A DNA stretch of 64,000 nt from Thermomicrobiales bacterium (GTDB lineage Bacteria > Chloroflexota > Chloroflexia > Thermomicrobiales > CFX8), in NCBI GenBank assembly GCA_041390865.1, contig JAWKPC010000002.1, positions 68,031 to 132,030 on the forward strand, given 5' to 3'. This document shows positions 44,923-53,319 of this stretch, one piece after another (positions within the stretch are counted from its first letter, which is position 1; every line of letters begins with the position of its first letter). Below the pieces are notes generated by a model. It had not been told where the DNA came from, searched no databases, and was given only the letters and a program-made list of their open reading frames with translations. Position numbers and translations under genes: made by a program.

Positions 44923-45946
44923 GAGGTGGCTCCTTCCCAACTTCGCCTTCGGAGTAGTAGATCCAGTCATAAATCGTGGCCGGATCCGGGAAGTCGCTCT
45001 CATCGGCAAACTGGACGGCCTGCTCGACAGTCTCTTCCACTTCGTTGTCGATCTGCTCAAAGTCGTCGTTGGACGCCTTCTCGGCGCCAAGCAACTGGTC
45101 CTTGAATATCGAGATCGGGTCGCGCTCCCGGTAATGATCGATCTCCTGGCGGTCGCGATAGGATTCCGGATCCGCCATCGAGTGGCCGCGGAATCTGTAG
45201 GTCATCGCCTCCAGGAAGAACGGGCCGTTGCCATCCTTGCAGTACTTGATCGCGCGCTGCATGGCGTCGTACATCGCCAGGACGTCCTGGCCGTCGACGG
45301 TCTCGGTCTCGATCCCGTGCCCTTTGGCCTTGGTTGACATCTCCGGCACGGCCGAAGCGTATTCAACAGCGGTGCCCATGCCGTAAAGGTTGTTCTCGCA
45401 GAGGAAAACGACCGGCAGCTTCCAGAGCGAGGCCATGTTGGCCGACTCATGGAACGCGCCCGAGTTGGTCGAGCCGTCGCCGAAGATCGCGACGGAGACT
45501 GCGTCTTCCTTTTTGTGTTTGATCGCGAGGCCGGCTCCGGTCGCAAGCGGGATATGCCCGCCGACGATCGCATAGCCGCCCCAGAAGTTCCGTTCCGGGT
45601 GGACCATGTGCATGGACCCACCGCGGCCCTTCGTCGTACCAGTCTCTTTGCCGAACAGTTCGGCCATCGCTTCGCCGGGATCAGCGCCGATTGCCAGCGC
45701 GTAACCGTGATCTCTGTAGTGGGTGAACAGGTGGTCCCTCTCGGTCATTGCGGCGATCGCACCGACGGCAACCGCTTCTTCGCCAATGTAGAGATGGAGA
45801 AAACCACCGATCTTTCCGTATGCGTACTGCTCGGCAGCCCGCTCCTCGAACCTCCTTATGAGGTACATCTGCCTGTAGAAGTCCAGCAGCTGGTCTGTGT
45901 CCATCTGCTCTAGTAGGCCTACATCAGATGTGGCCGAGGTAGCCAT
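44915..45946 (-). CDS. 2-oxoacid dehydrogenase E1 alpha subunit (TPP-binding)
   Basis: RRFEERAAEQYAYGKIGGFLHLYIGEEA...GDGSTNSGAFHESANMA...LPVVFLCENNLYGMGT. ATG 45946 follows GAGGAAGGG. The 442-aa track ORF is over-extended. Confidence 0.85.
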   Translation of the reverse strand: MATSATSDVGLLEQMDTDQLLDFYRQMYLIRRFEERAAEQYAYGKIGGFLHLYIGEEAVAVGAIAAMTERDHLFTHYRDHGYALAIGADPGEAMAELFGKETGTTKGRGGSMHMVHPERNFWGGYAIVGGHIPLATGAGLAIKHKKEDAVSVAIFGDGSTNSGAFHESANMASLWKLPVVFLCENNLYGMGTAVEYASAVPEMSTKAKGHGIETETVDGQDVLAMYDAMQRAIKYCKDGNGPFFLEAMTYRFRGHSMADPESYRDRQEIDHYRERDPISIFKDQLLGAEKASNDDFEQIDNEVEETVEQAVQFADESDFPDPATIYDWIYYSEGEVGKEPPRG

Positions 45947-46125
45947 ATGCGCCCTTCCTCTTGCAGTCGCGCGAGCGTCCGTGCGCTCGTTTCGACTGCG
46001 TCCTGATGATCGGGTGACTTGCGCCGGGATGACGAGTAAACAAAACGAAGCCTCGAACCTGGCGAGCCAAGGAAATTGTACGCCATGTGCTGAAATCCGG
46101 GGAATGGCCCCCCTCCGCCCCAGGA

Positions 46126-47292
46126 TCAGCCCAACCGATCTCCGTCGAATACTCCGGGCGACTCGCCATCGAAGATCATCGACAGCGTCCGGCGCGCCGC
46201 GACCGGTCCCATCGACATCCCGCCGCCGTTGAACCCGACGCAATAGTAGACACCCGGCAGATCTTCAAGCTGCCCGACCAGCGGAAGCCCATCAGATGTG
46301 AAGCCCATAATTCCGGCCCAGCGGTGGCTTACCGACAGGTCGGACAGCTCGGGGAAATGCGCCCCGGCCCACCGTTGCAGGCCCTCCTGGAGGTGCGGAG
46401 TCGTCTCGTCGGCATAGCCGACTTCCTCATCCGGGAAGACATCCCGATAGCCGCCGATGATGAAGCGGGTGTCCGGAAGCTGGCGAAAATACTCGAACCC
46501 GTCATTGGTGCCGGTCGGACCGTCAAACATTCTGAACCCGAGCGGCTCGGTCGCGAACGCCTGGGCGCGGGTCGGATTCACCCGGTCCCGAAAGAACGGA
46601 TGGAGGAGCCGGGAGTACGAGTTCGTCGCGATGATCGCCTGACCGCAGCGGACGGTTGCGCGGCGGGACCGCACCTCAACCCCGCCATCGTAGTTGTGCA
46701 ATTCCCGGGCGGAGCTATTCTCGAAGACTCGCGCGCCGGACGCCGCCATCAGCCTGGACGTAAGCAGGTACGGCTGCAAACCGAGATCGCCTGGCTGGTA
46801 GATCAACCCCTGGAAGCCGCGGTCCCAGGGATCGTCCTCATGCCACTCGACATTTTGCCCGTCGGCTGCCAGCGCTTCATACGATGCGATAAGGCGCTCG
46901 CGCTCCGTTTCATCTATCGCGAGATAGCGGGAGCCGTTTGCCTCAAATGGAATGTCCAGCTCGGTGCAGCGCTCGGTGACCCATGCGCGGGATGCGATGG
47001 CGTCGTTCCGGAGCCGCCGGGCTTCATCATGACCGATGCGCTCGATCACCCGGTGGTAGCTGTCGCGGAAAGCCGCAATACAGTGTCCAGCGTTCCGGCC
47101 GGAGGCTCCGCTGCCGACGTAGTTCGACTCGAGCACGACCACGCGCCTGCCGCGCTCGGAGAGCAGCGTCGCCAGCGTTGCGCCGACGAAGCCGCCGCCG
47201 ATGACGCAGACATCTGCTTCGGCATGCTCGTGCTCGGCCTCGCCGGGCCACGCCCGCGCGTCCTGCCAGAGTGAGACCGTCATCTCCATCAC
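46126..47292 (-). CDS. FAD-dependent oxidoreductase (DAO family, sarcosine/glycine-oxidase-like)
   Basis: DVCVIGGGFVGATLATLLSERGRRVVVLE...GSGASGRNAGH. The antisense 395-aa ORF was rejected on composition. Confidence 0.75.
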   Translation of the reverse strand: MMEMTVSLWQDARAWPGEAEHEHAEADVCVIGGGFVGATLATLLSERGRRVVVLESNYVGSGASGRNAGHCIAAFRDSYHRVIERIGHDEARRLRNDAIASRAWVTERCTELDIPFEANGSRYLAIDETERERLIASYEALAADGQNVEWHEDDPWDRGFQGLIYQPGDLGLQPYLLTSRLMAASGARVFENSSARELHNYDGGVEVRSRRATVRCGQAIIATNSYSRLLHPFFRDRVNPTRAQAFATEPLGFRMFDGPTGTNDGFEYFRQLPDTRFIIGGYRDVFPDEEVGYADETTPHLQEGLQRWAGAHFPELSDLSVSHRWAGIMGFTSDGLPLVGQLEDLPGVYYCVGFNGGGMSMGPVAARRTLSMIFDGESPGVFDGDRLG

Positions 47293-47528
47293 CTTTCGCG
47301 CTCATGCCGGATCCCGTACCGGCCGGGTTGACCCGTATGTTCGCACAGAACGACGGTGATCGGCGGCGCCTACACCTCGCCGGCGGGAGCGGTGTAGATC
47401 AACCGCCGGCTCGAATAAACCTCGGTTTACACCTTTTGGTACATGGAGACATTCGGGTTTAGTCATAGACTCATGAGTGTTGGAGCGAGGCGGCAACGGA
47501 GCCGCCGGAACAGGAAAGGACCACTACG

Positions 47529-47630
47529 ATGTGGACCAACGATTATCTCCTCGGCGTAGAGTCCAGAACCCGCCAGGAGCAAGTCCGCGACACGCGACGG
47601 AGCGTGAAGACTCAGATTCGCGGGCGATAA
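47529..47630 (+). CDS. Small ORF 1 (33 aa): MWTNDYLLGVESRTRQEQVRDTRRSVKTQIRGR
   Basis: AGGAAAGGA lies 8 nt before the ATG. Third-position G/C is 24/33 by hand count. It is one of three related tandem sORFs. Confidence 0.4.
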   Translation: MWTNDYLLGVESRTRQEQVRDTRRSVKTQIRGR

Positions 47631-47755
47631 CGGCAGGCTGAAACGGGGTTCAACGGCGACACCGATGGTCGCCACCGGCAACGAAGCCGGGCCCCGAAGG
47701 CAACAAAGCTGTTGCTGCAGAGACGTTCGTTTTGTATCGACGAAAGGGAGAGAAC

Positions 47756-47860
47756 ATGCAGACACTGTACATCCTCGGTGAAGTCGCTCGTCAGCAGCGC
47801 GAGGAACAGGTAAACAGGCAAAACCACGTCGGAAGAGGTCGCCCACGGCGCAGACGCTAG
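47756..47860 (+). CDS. Small ORF 2 (34 aa): MQTLYILGEVARQQREEQVNRQNHVGRGRPRRRR
   Basis: AAAGGGAGAG lies 5 nt before the ATG. Third-position G/C is 21/34. It shares the Y-[LI]-L-G...R-Q-x-x-E-Q-V pattern with sORF1. Confidence 0.4.
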   Translation: MQTLYILGEVARQQREEQVNRQNHVGRGRPRRRR

Positions 47861-47898
47861 GCGGCCCTCCATGGACCGGAAAGCACAGGTGAGCAACG

Positions 47899-48000
47899 AT
47901 GCTCGACCAGACGTACACACTCGAGATGCTGAGCGCCAACACCGAACGACAGACCCGATCCAGCGGGCGCAAGAACCCGCTCCGTATTCGGGAACGCTAA
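47899..48000 (+). CDS. Small ORF 3 (33 aa): MLDQTYTLEMLSANTERQTRSSGRKNPLRIRER
   Basis: AGGTGA lies 6 nt before the ATG. Third-position G/C is 26/33. Length and basic tail match sORF1 and sORF2. Confidence 0.35.
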   Translation: MLDQTYTLEMLSANTERQTRSSGRKNPLRIRER

Positions 48001-48024
48001 GCCTCAATTCGAGTTCACGAACCT

Positions 48025-48066
48025 AACGCCGCGGTGACATCGAGATTCTCGGAAAGCCGCGGCGTT
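48025..48066 (+). terminator. Perfect 10-bp stem hairpin after the sORF array
   Basis: AACGCCGCGG (48025-48034) pairs with CCGCGGCGTT (48057-48066) across a 22-nt loop, 25 nt after the sORF3 stop. No strong U-tract follows. Confidence 0.35.
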
Positions 48067-48082
48067 ATCATATCCGGATTCC

Positions 48083-48649
48083 ATGGCTGTTCAATTCCAG
48101 GCCGCCCGTCACCGAACGGGCAATACCATGACCAATCGACACACAAATCAATCAGACAACGGTCGGGATTCGATCGATCTTCTGCTTGACCGCGGACTCT
48201 CTAGCCGGCTGACGATCGTACTCGGCCCGGATGCGGAAGAGCGTAAGAAGGCCCTGAACGAGTGGCTGGATCGCCGGCGCTACGAAGTTCTGCTCGTCGA
48301 GTGTCCGCCAGACAACGGCAAGCCGGCCTGTCCGCGAGTCATCCTCGATGCGTTCGTCGAGGCGGGAATTGTCAAAGAGACGCCGCGCGATCCCTCCAGC
48401 GAAGCGTCGTGCAACGCGCGGTTGATCACGTTGATGAACGAGCTCGCCGCTCTCCAGCGTGATCTCGTCGTCGTTTTTCTCAACTACCAGCAGCGGGAAG
48501 CGACGAACCGAATGCTCTCATTCATGCTCGAGCATCTCCCGGAACAGGTGCACATATATCTCTGTTGCGATCACGCCCCGGCATTGAATTGCATTCCCCG
48601 TCTGAGAGTCCGCCGCCAGCTCCAGACCGTCGAAACCGGATACGAATAA
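48083..48649 (+). CDS. Stand-alone, catalytically dead fragment of a MalT-type STAND NTPase (N-terminal nucleotide-binding region only)
   Basis: Colinear with the E. coli MalT N-terminus. RLTIVLGPDAEERKKALNEWL replaces [20 protein letters not shown] (Walker A lost). DLVVVFLNYQQ replaces LYLVIDDYHL (Walker B lost). LEHLPEQVHIYLCCDHAPALNCIPRLRVRRQL replaces [31 protein letters not shown]. No TPR or LuxR HTH part is present. There is no obvious SD; the alternative start is 48128. Confidence 0.5.
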   Translation: MAVQFQAARHRTGNTMTNRHTNQSDNGRDSIDLLLDRGLSSRLTIVLGPDAEERKKALNEWLDRRRYEVLLVECPPDNGKPACPRVILDAFVEAGIVKETPRDPSSEASCNARLITLMNELAALQRDLVVVFLNYQQREATNRMLSFMLEHLPEQVHIYLCCDHAPALNCIPRLRVRRQLQTVETGYE

Positions 48650-48833
48650 CCCGCCTCCAGCACGATCCTCCAGTCAGAACACCCTCACCCGACAACCGAA
48701 GATGAATCGCCGATCGTTGCCATCGACCTGTGATGCCGTTGTGCCGGAGCGCACCCCGGTGGAAGAGCACGAAGGACGGAGCATAGCCGTTCTGAACATT
48801 TCGCATGAATTTGGAAAGGACCTGGAGTGCAGG

Positions 48834-49292
48834 CTAAGCCGCGACCGGTTCCATCCCGTTCGCGATATCCGCGATGTCGAGCGCCGCGGCGAGGTTGAGC
48901 AGGAGCACCAGGCGGTCATCCATCTTCGCGATGCCGTTGAGATACGTAGCATCGAAATCGAGAACGAGGCTGTCGGGAATCTCAACGATGTCGCCGGAAA
49001 TGGCCAGCACTTCCGAAACTGCGTCGACATAGAGCCCGATGTCATGGTGCTGAATATTCACGACCACGATCCGGCTATCCCGCGTCGATTCATGTCGAAC
49101 GATGCCGAACAGCGGCCTGATATCGACGACCGGGATGATGTGCCCGCGAAGGTTGATGATTCCTTCGATGTTACCGTGCATACCGGGGATCGGCGTCGGT
49201 TCAACGGCACGAATGATCTGATTGACTTCTGAAACTCGAATGCCGTAGTGCTGGTCTCCAAGCCGGGCGACAACGTACTGCGTATCGCTCAA
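48834..49292 (-). CDS. cheW: Chemotaxis coupling protein CheW
   Basis: About 150 aa with YGIRVSEVNQIIR...GIINLRGHIIPVVDIR...VVVN...GLYVDAVSEVL. Confidence 0.9.
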   Translation of the reverse strand: MSDTQYVVARLGDQHYGIRVSEVNQIIRAVEPTPIPGMHGNIEGIINLRGHIIPVVDIRPLFGIVRHESTRDSRIVVVNIQHHDIGLYVDAVSEVLAISGDIVEIPDSLVLDFDATYLNGIAKMDDRLVLLLNLAAALDIADIANGMEPVAA

Positions 49293-49430
49293 GGACTGAT
49301 CCTTTCGAACTTCCGTTGACGTCGTCCCTTCCTACCCGAAGATCATCGACCGATGACGTCCTCTCCTTGAGCGGGGAAACGATGACGATCGCCTGTCATC
49401 CTCGTGACTAACGTCCTCTCCCCTCCTGCT

Positions 49431-49457
49431 CAAGCGCGGTGGAACATAGGCCGATGA
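49431..49457 (+). promoter_or_regulatory. Possible sigma-28 (FliA/SigD)-type promoter upstream of cheA
   Basis: CAAG-N15-GCCGATGA compared with the consensus TAAA-N15-GCCGATAA. The -10 matches 7 of 8 and the -35 only 2 of 4. It lies ~105 nt upstream of GTG 49562. Confidence 0.25.
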
Positions 49458-49561
49458 TAGAAGCAGACAGTCCTACCGCCGAATGGATGCGGCGCTCTGC
49501 TTTAACAGCTGCATCCTGGGCGGGATCTGCCGGCAACGGCCGGGAAGCAGAGTAGGGATCC

Positions 49562-51808
49562 GTGCCCCTCGTATTTGACGCCTCAACCGACGAACTGCAG
49601 TTCTTCCTGCAGGAGGCCGAGGAACAGTTCCAGATCCTCGATGACGGCCTTCTGGAGCTCGAACGCAGCGGTCCGAGAGGAGATCTCCTTCAGGACATCT
49701 TCCGGGCGGCTCATACGCTCAAAGGATCGTCCGCAACGATCGGCCATGTTCGCATGGCGGAGCTGACTCATCATCTGGAAGATGTCTTCGACAAGCTGCG
49801 ACAGGAAAAAATCGACGTTTCAACCGAGCTGGTGGATGCATCCCTCCAGGCGTTGGACGCCTTGCGCGTACTTGGTGAGGAAGTCTCCACCCTCGAAGAA
49901 GTTGATGTCGACATTCTCCCGATCCTGACGACGCTCGCAAATGTTGAAGACGGCGGCAAGATCGAGACGGAAGTCGCGACCACCTACCGGATCAGCGTCT
50001 CGTTCGAGCCCGACCATCCGCTCATGGCCGCACGCGCATTGCAGCTCACATTCGAACTCGCCGCCGAGGGCCATATCCACGAGCTCATGCCCGATCGCAA
50101 CGCGATCGAACGCGAAGGAATAAAGGGAGAGCTTCAGGCAACGGTGGAATGGCCGGAGGGCAGGGCCCACCTCGAAGAACTGCTTCGCTCCGTGCCCGAG
50201 GTCATCGCCGCCACCGTTGAGCCGCACAGCGAGCCGGTGGAGGAAACGGCCCGACTGTATCGTGTCTTCGTCAAACTCGACGAACGGAACGAGCTCCGGG
50301 CTGCCCGCGCCATGCAGCTCTTGCTGCATCTCGAGACGACCGGCCGAATCCTCTCATCCGTTCCGACAGTTGACGACATCTCGGCCGAACGCTTCGGGAA
50401 CTCCCTGGAAATCCAGATCGACTGGCCGACCGCGCCATCAACCCTCGAAGCAGCGATCATGTCGATTCCCGATATCGACGCATTTTGCGTTGACGAGATC
50501 GCGGACGTGAATAGTCCGGTTGCCTCGCCGGCTCCGCCGGTTCCGTTGACTCCGCAGGAAGGCACCGGCGCAGGGCGCAGGAAGCAACCGGCAAGCAGCA
50601 ACACTATCCGCATCAGCGTCGAACGCATCGACCGCATGCTCGACTACGTCGGAGAACTGGTGATCGAGCGATCGCGGATCTCCGACACGGCACGCAACTT
50701 GCGGGCCTCCGTCGGACCAAGTCCCGAGATCGATCACCTCATCGAGGCAACCGGGAACATCGAGGCGTTGATCAGCCAGATCCATGAGGAACTGATGATG
50801 GGCCGGACGTTGCCGATCGAGTCCGTCCTGCGCAAGTTCCCCCGGCTCGTCCGGGATCTGGCACAGTCGCTTGACAAAGACGTCGCGTTCGAATTGGACT
50901 CCGGAGACGTCGATCTCGACCGCACGGTGATCGAGGCAATTAGCGACCCGCTGATCCATCTTGTCCGCAACGCTGTCGACCACGGAATCGAGTCGCCGGC
51001 CGACCGCGCCGCAGCAGGGAAGAATCCCGCCGGGCGCGTGTCGATCGCTGCCCGTCAGGTCGAGAATCGCATCGTCGTCATCGTTTCCGACGACGGCAAG
51101 GGCATCGACCCCGATGCGCTGCGCGGCTCCGCCATCGAGAAGGGCCTGCTTTCGGAAGATGCCGCCGCCCGCCTGTCCGACGCGGACGCGCTCAATCTGA
51201 TCTTCCAGAGCGGCTTTTCGACCGCTGAAACAGTGACCGGAGTCTCGGGGCGCGGAGTCGGGATGGACATCGTCCGTAAGCGTCTCGAATCCATTGGAGC
51301 GACGATCGACATCACGTCGAACCGCGGGCACGGCACGGTCTTGACGATCCGTCTGCCACTGACGCTGGCGATCATCCGGGCGCTGCTGGTGCGCTGCGAC
51401 CGCTGGAATTTCGCGATACCGCTCGACGCGGTCATCGAAACCGTCCGGTTGAGCGACATGCAGATCCATAGGATCGGCCGGCGCAACATGATGCGGCTGA
51501 GAGACCAGATCGTCCCGATCATCCATCTCAGCGAGTCGCTTACCCACGGGGCTTACGCCGACGGACAGGTGACTGGATCAGAATACGCGGTCGTGTTGAG
51601 CAACGGTGGCAATCCGCTTGCCGTTCTCGTCGACGGACTCGTCAGCGAGCAAGAGGTCGTCGTCAAGCCATTCGGAGCATTCATCCCGCAGGTGCCAGGC
51701 ATCAGCGGAGCCACCATCCTCGGAGACGGTTCGTTCTCGTTGATCGTCGATGTAGGAAGACTGGCTTCACTAGAAGGAGTAGACCATGGTTCAACCTACG
51801 CTGCCTAA
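49562..51808 (+). CDS. cheA: Chemotaxis histidine kinase CheA with two tandem P2-like domains
   Basis: HPt is FRAAHTLKGSSATIGH. The dimerisation, HATPase (HLVRNAVDHGIE, DDGKGID, GRGVGMDIV) and C-terminal CheW-like domains are present. The start is GTG. Confidence 0.9.
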   Translation: MPLVFDASTDELQFFLQEAEEQFQILDDGLLELERSGPRGDLLQDIFRAAHTLKGSSATIGHVRMAELTHHLEDVFDKLRQEKIDVSTELVDASLQALDALRVLGEEVSTLEEVDVDILPILTTLANVEDGGKIETEVATTYRISVSFEPDHPLMAARALQLTFELAAEGHIHELMPDRNAIEREGIKGELQATVEWPEGRAHLEELLRSVPEVIAATVEPHSEPVEETARLYRVFVKLDERNELRAARAMQLLLHLETTGRILSSVPTVDDISAERFGNSLEIQIDWPTAPSTLEAAIMSIPDIDAFCVDEIADVNSPVASPAPPVPLTPQEGTGAGRRKQPASSNTIRISVERIDRMLDYVGELVIERSRISDTARNLRASVGPSPEIDHLIEATGNIEALISQIHEELMMGRTLPIESVLRKFPRLVRDLAQSLDKDVAFELDSGDVDLDRTVIEAISDPLIHLVRNAVDHGIESPADRAAAGKNPAGRVSIAARQVENRIVVIVSDDGKGIDPDALRGSAIEKGLLSEDAAARLSDADALNLIFQSGFSTAETVTGVSGRGVGMDIVRKRLESIGATIDITSNRGHGTVLTIRLPLTLAIIRALLVRCDRWNFAIPLDAVIETVRLSDMQIHRIGRRNMMRLRDQIVPIIHLSESLTHGAYADGQVTGSEYAVVLSNGGNPLAVLVDGLVSEQEVVVKPFGAFIPQVPGISGATILGDGSFSLIVDVGRLASLEGVDHGSTYAA

Positions 51809-52424
51809 ACGCATCGACGAACCGGCGCACCACGTGTTTCCGGAGGACTCTCCGGTGGGTCGGGCTATTGCAAGGGCAGCCGACGCCGTCGCCGCGGCGC
51901 TGAGCGAGTTGTCGGGCATTCAGGTTCATGCCAGCAATCCGGAAGCGAACCTGCTTCCACTTGCGGACCTGCCCAATATCGGCGGCAGTCCGGGCGACAC
52001 GGTCGTTACCCTGTTTCTGACCTACGACGGCACCGATAGCGGCCAGATCATACTGATCTACAACCTCGACCAGGCGCGAGCACTCGTCGACCAGATGCTC
52101 TGGAACCCGCCCGGGACGACCTTCGATTTCGACGAGATGGAACTGTCGGCGCTGGCCGAGTCGGCCAACATCCTCGGCTCGCATTTCCTGACAGCTATCG
52201 CGAACATAAGCGGAGCCGAACTCGACATCTCGATCCCGGAACCGCTGGTGGACCTCCGCGGCGCGACGTTGAGCATCCCGGCCGCGGCGGCAGCCAGCAG
52301 CGGCGACTCGTTCCTGTCGATCCGGAGTGACTTCGAGAGCGATGGAGCCTCGATCCTCGGAACAACGCTCCTTGTCATCCCGGACCGGGGCGTGGAATCA
52401 GTGATGATGCGGAGTCTCACATGA
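51786..52424 (+). CDS. cheC: CheC-family CheY-P phosphatase
   Basis: ELSALAESANILGSHFLTAIANISG matches the CheC E-x3-N-type motif. GAAGGAG lies 6 nt before the ATG. It overlaps the cheA end by 23 nt. Confidence 0.7.
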   Translation: MVQPTLPKRIDEPAHHVFPEDSPVGRAIARAADAVAAALSELSGIQVHASNPEANLLPLADLPNIGGSPGDTVVTLFLTYDGTDSGQIILIYNLDQARALVDQMLWNPPGTTFDFDEMELSALAESANILGSHFLTAIANISGAELDISIPEPLVDLRGATLSIPAAAAASSGDSFLSIRSDFESDGASILGTTLLVIPDRGVESVMMRSLT

Positions 52425-52930
52425 CGGTCGCTGCACGCACGAAACTGACGCAGATCCCGGTTGGTCTGGGCGAGATCAAGTACACGAACAACGCACAGGA
52501 AGTGCTGGTTGCCTACGGTCTTGGATCCTGCGTCGGTATCGCGATCTGGGACAACTCCTCCGGAGTCGCCGGCCTCGCGCACGTCATCCTGCCGACCTCG
52601 GTGGCGTCATCGCGGCCAAACGACAATCCGTTGAAGTACGCGGACCGCGCGATCCCGCTCATGGTCAACGAGTTGCGCCGGTTGGGAGGCAATCCCTCCC
52701 GGATGGTCGTCAAGATCGCCGGTGGAGCGCAGATGCTCAAGAGCGCGGGACGAAGCGAGGTCTTCAATATCGGGTCCAGAAACGTCGAGCAGGTACGACG
52801 AGAAATCGAACGGGCCGGGCTGCGGATCTCCGGGGAGGACGTGCTCGGCCACCAGGGAAGAACGATGAGCTTGTACCCCTCGGATGGCCGGGTGACGGTC
52901 CAGTCGGCCGGAAATCTCCGGGACCTGTAG
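52421..52930 (+). CDS. cheD: Chemoreceptor glutamine deamidase CheD
   Basis: LVAYGLGSCVGIAIWD...GLAHVILP...KIAGGAQM...NIGSRNV. ATGA overlap with cheC. Confidence 0.9.
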   Translation: MTVAARTKLTQIPVGLGEIKYTNNAQEVLVAYGLGSCVGIAIWDNSSGVAGLAHVILPTSVASSRPNDNPLKYADRAIPLMVNELRRLGGNPSRMVVKIAGGAQMLKSAGRSEVFNIGSRNVEQVRREIERAGLRISGEDVLGHQGRTMSLYPSDGRVTVQSAGNLRDL

Positions 52931-52947
52931 GAGGAAAGGGCAAATTC

Positions 52948-53307
52948 ATGAACACGATCCTTGTGGTCGACGATGCCGCGTTCATGCGGATGCGTGCGAC
53001 CAAGCTACTCAAAGAACACGGCTACGAAGTCGTTGAGGCAGAGAACGGCCAGGAGGCCGTCGCCAAGTACCGGGAAGTCCGTCCGGCCGGCGTCTTGATG
53101 GATATCACGATGCCGATCATGGATGGAATAGCGGCGCTGAAGGAAATCACGTCGCTCGATCCCAACGCGTACGTCGTCATGGTCACCGCGATCGGCCAGC
53201 AGAGCGTCGTTATCGAAGCGCTCAAGGCCGGGGCGAAGGACTTCGTCGTGAAGCCCTTCCAGCCGGACCGCATCCTCGGCGCGGTCGCGAAGATGGCCGC
53301 AGCTTAG
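52948..53307 (+). CDS. cheY: Chemotaxis response regulator CheY
   Basis: A single REC domain (ILVVDDAAFMR...VLMDITMPIMDG...VTA...AKDFVVKPF). Confidence 0.9.
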   Translation: MNTILVVDDAAFMRMRATKLLKEHGYEVVEAENGQEAVAKYREVRPAGVLMDITMPIMDGIAALKEITSLDPNAYVVMVTAIGQQSVVIEALKAGAKDFVVKPFQPDRILGAVAKMAAA

Positions 53308-53319
53308 GGAGGAAATGAC

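Noticed and set aside
43879-46243. N-terminally extended versions of the E1beta (403 aa) and E1alpha (442 aa) ORFs in the ORF track.
   Set aside because: The extensions are Arg/Ser/Pro-rich and overlap the upstream gene. Internal starts (GTG 44922, ATG 45946) have strong Shine-Dalgarno sequences and give family-typical N-termini.
47463-48007. Minus-strand ORFs of 169 aa and 131 aa covering the sORF region.
   Set aside because: They are Cys/Ser/Leu/Arg-rich with no Shine-Dalgarno. The codon-position G/C pattern favours the three short plus-strand frames instead.
48702-49232. 176-aa plus-strand ORF overlapping cheW.
   Set aside because: It is antisense to an unmistakable CheW sequence and has no motifs of its own.
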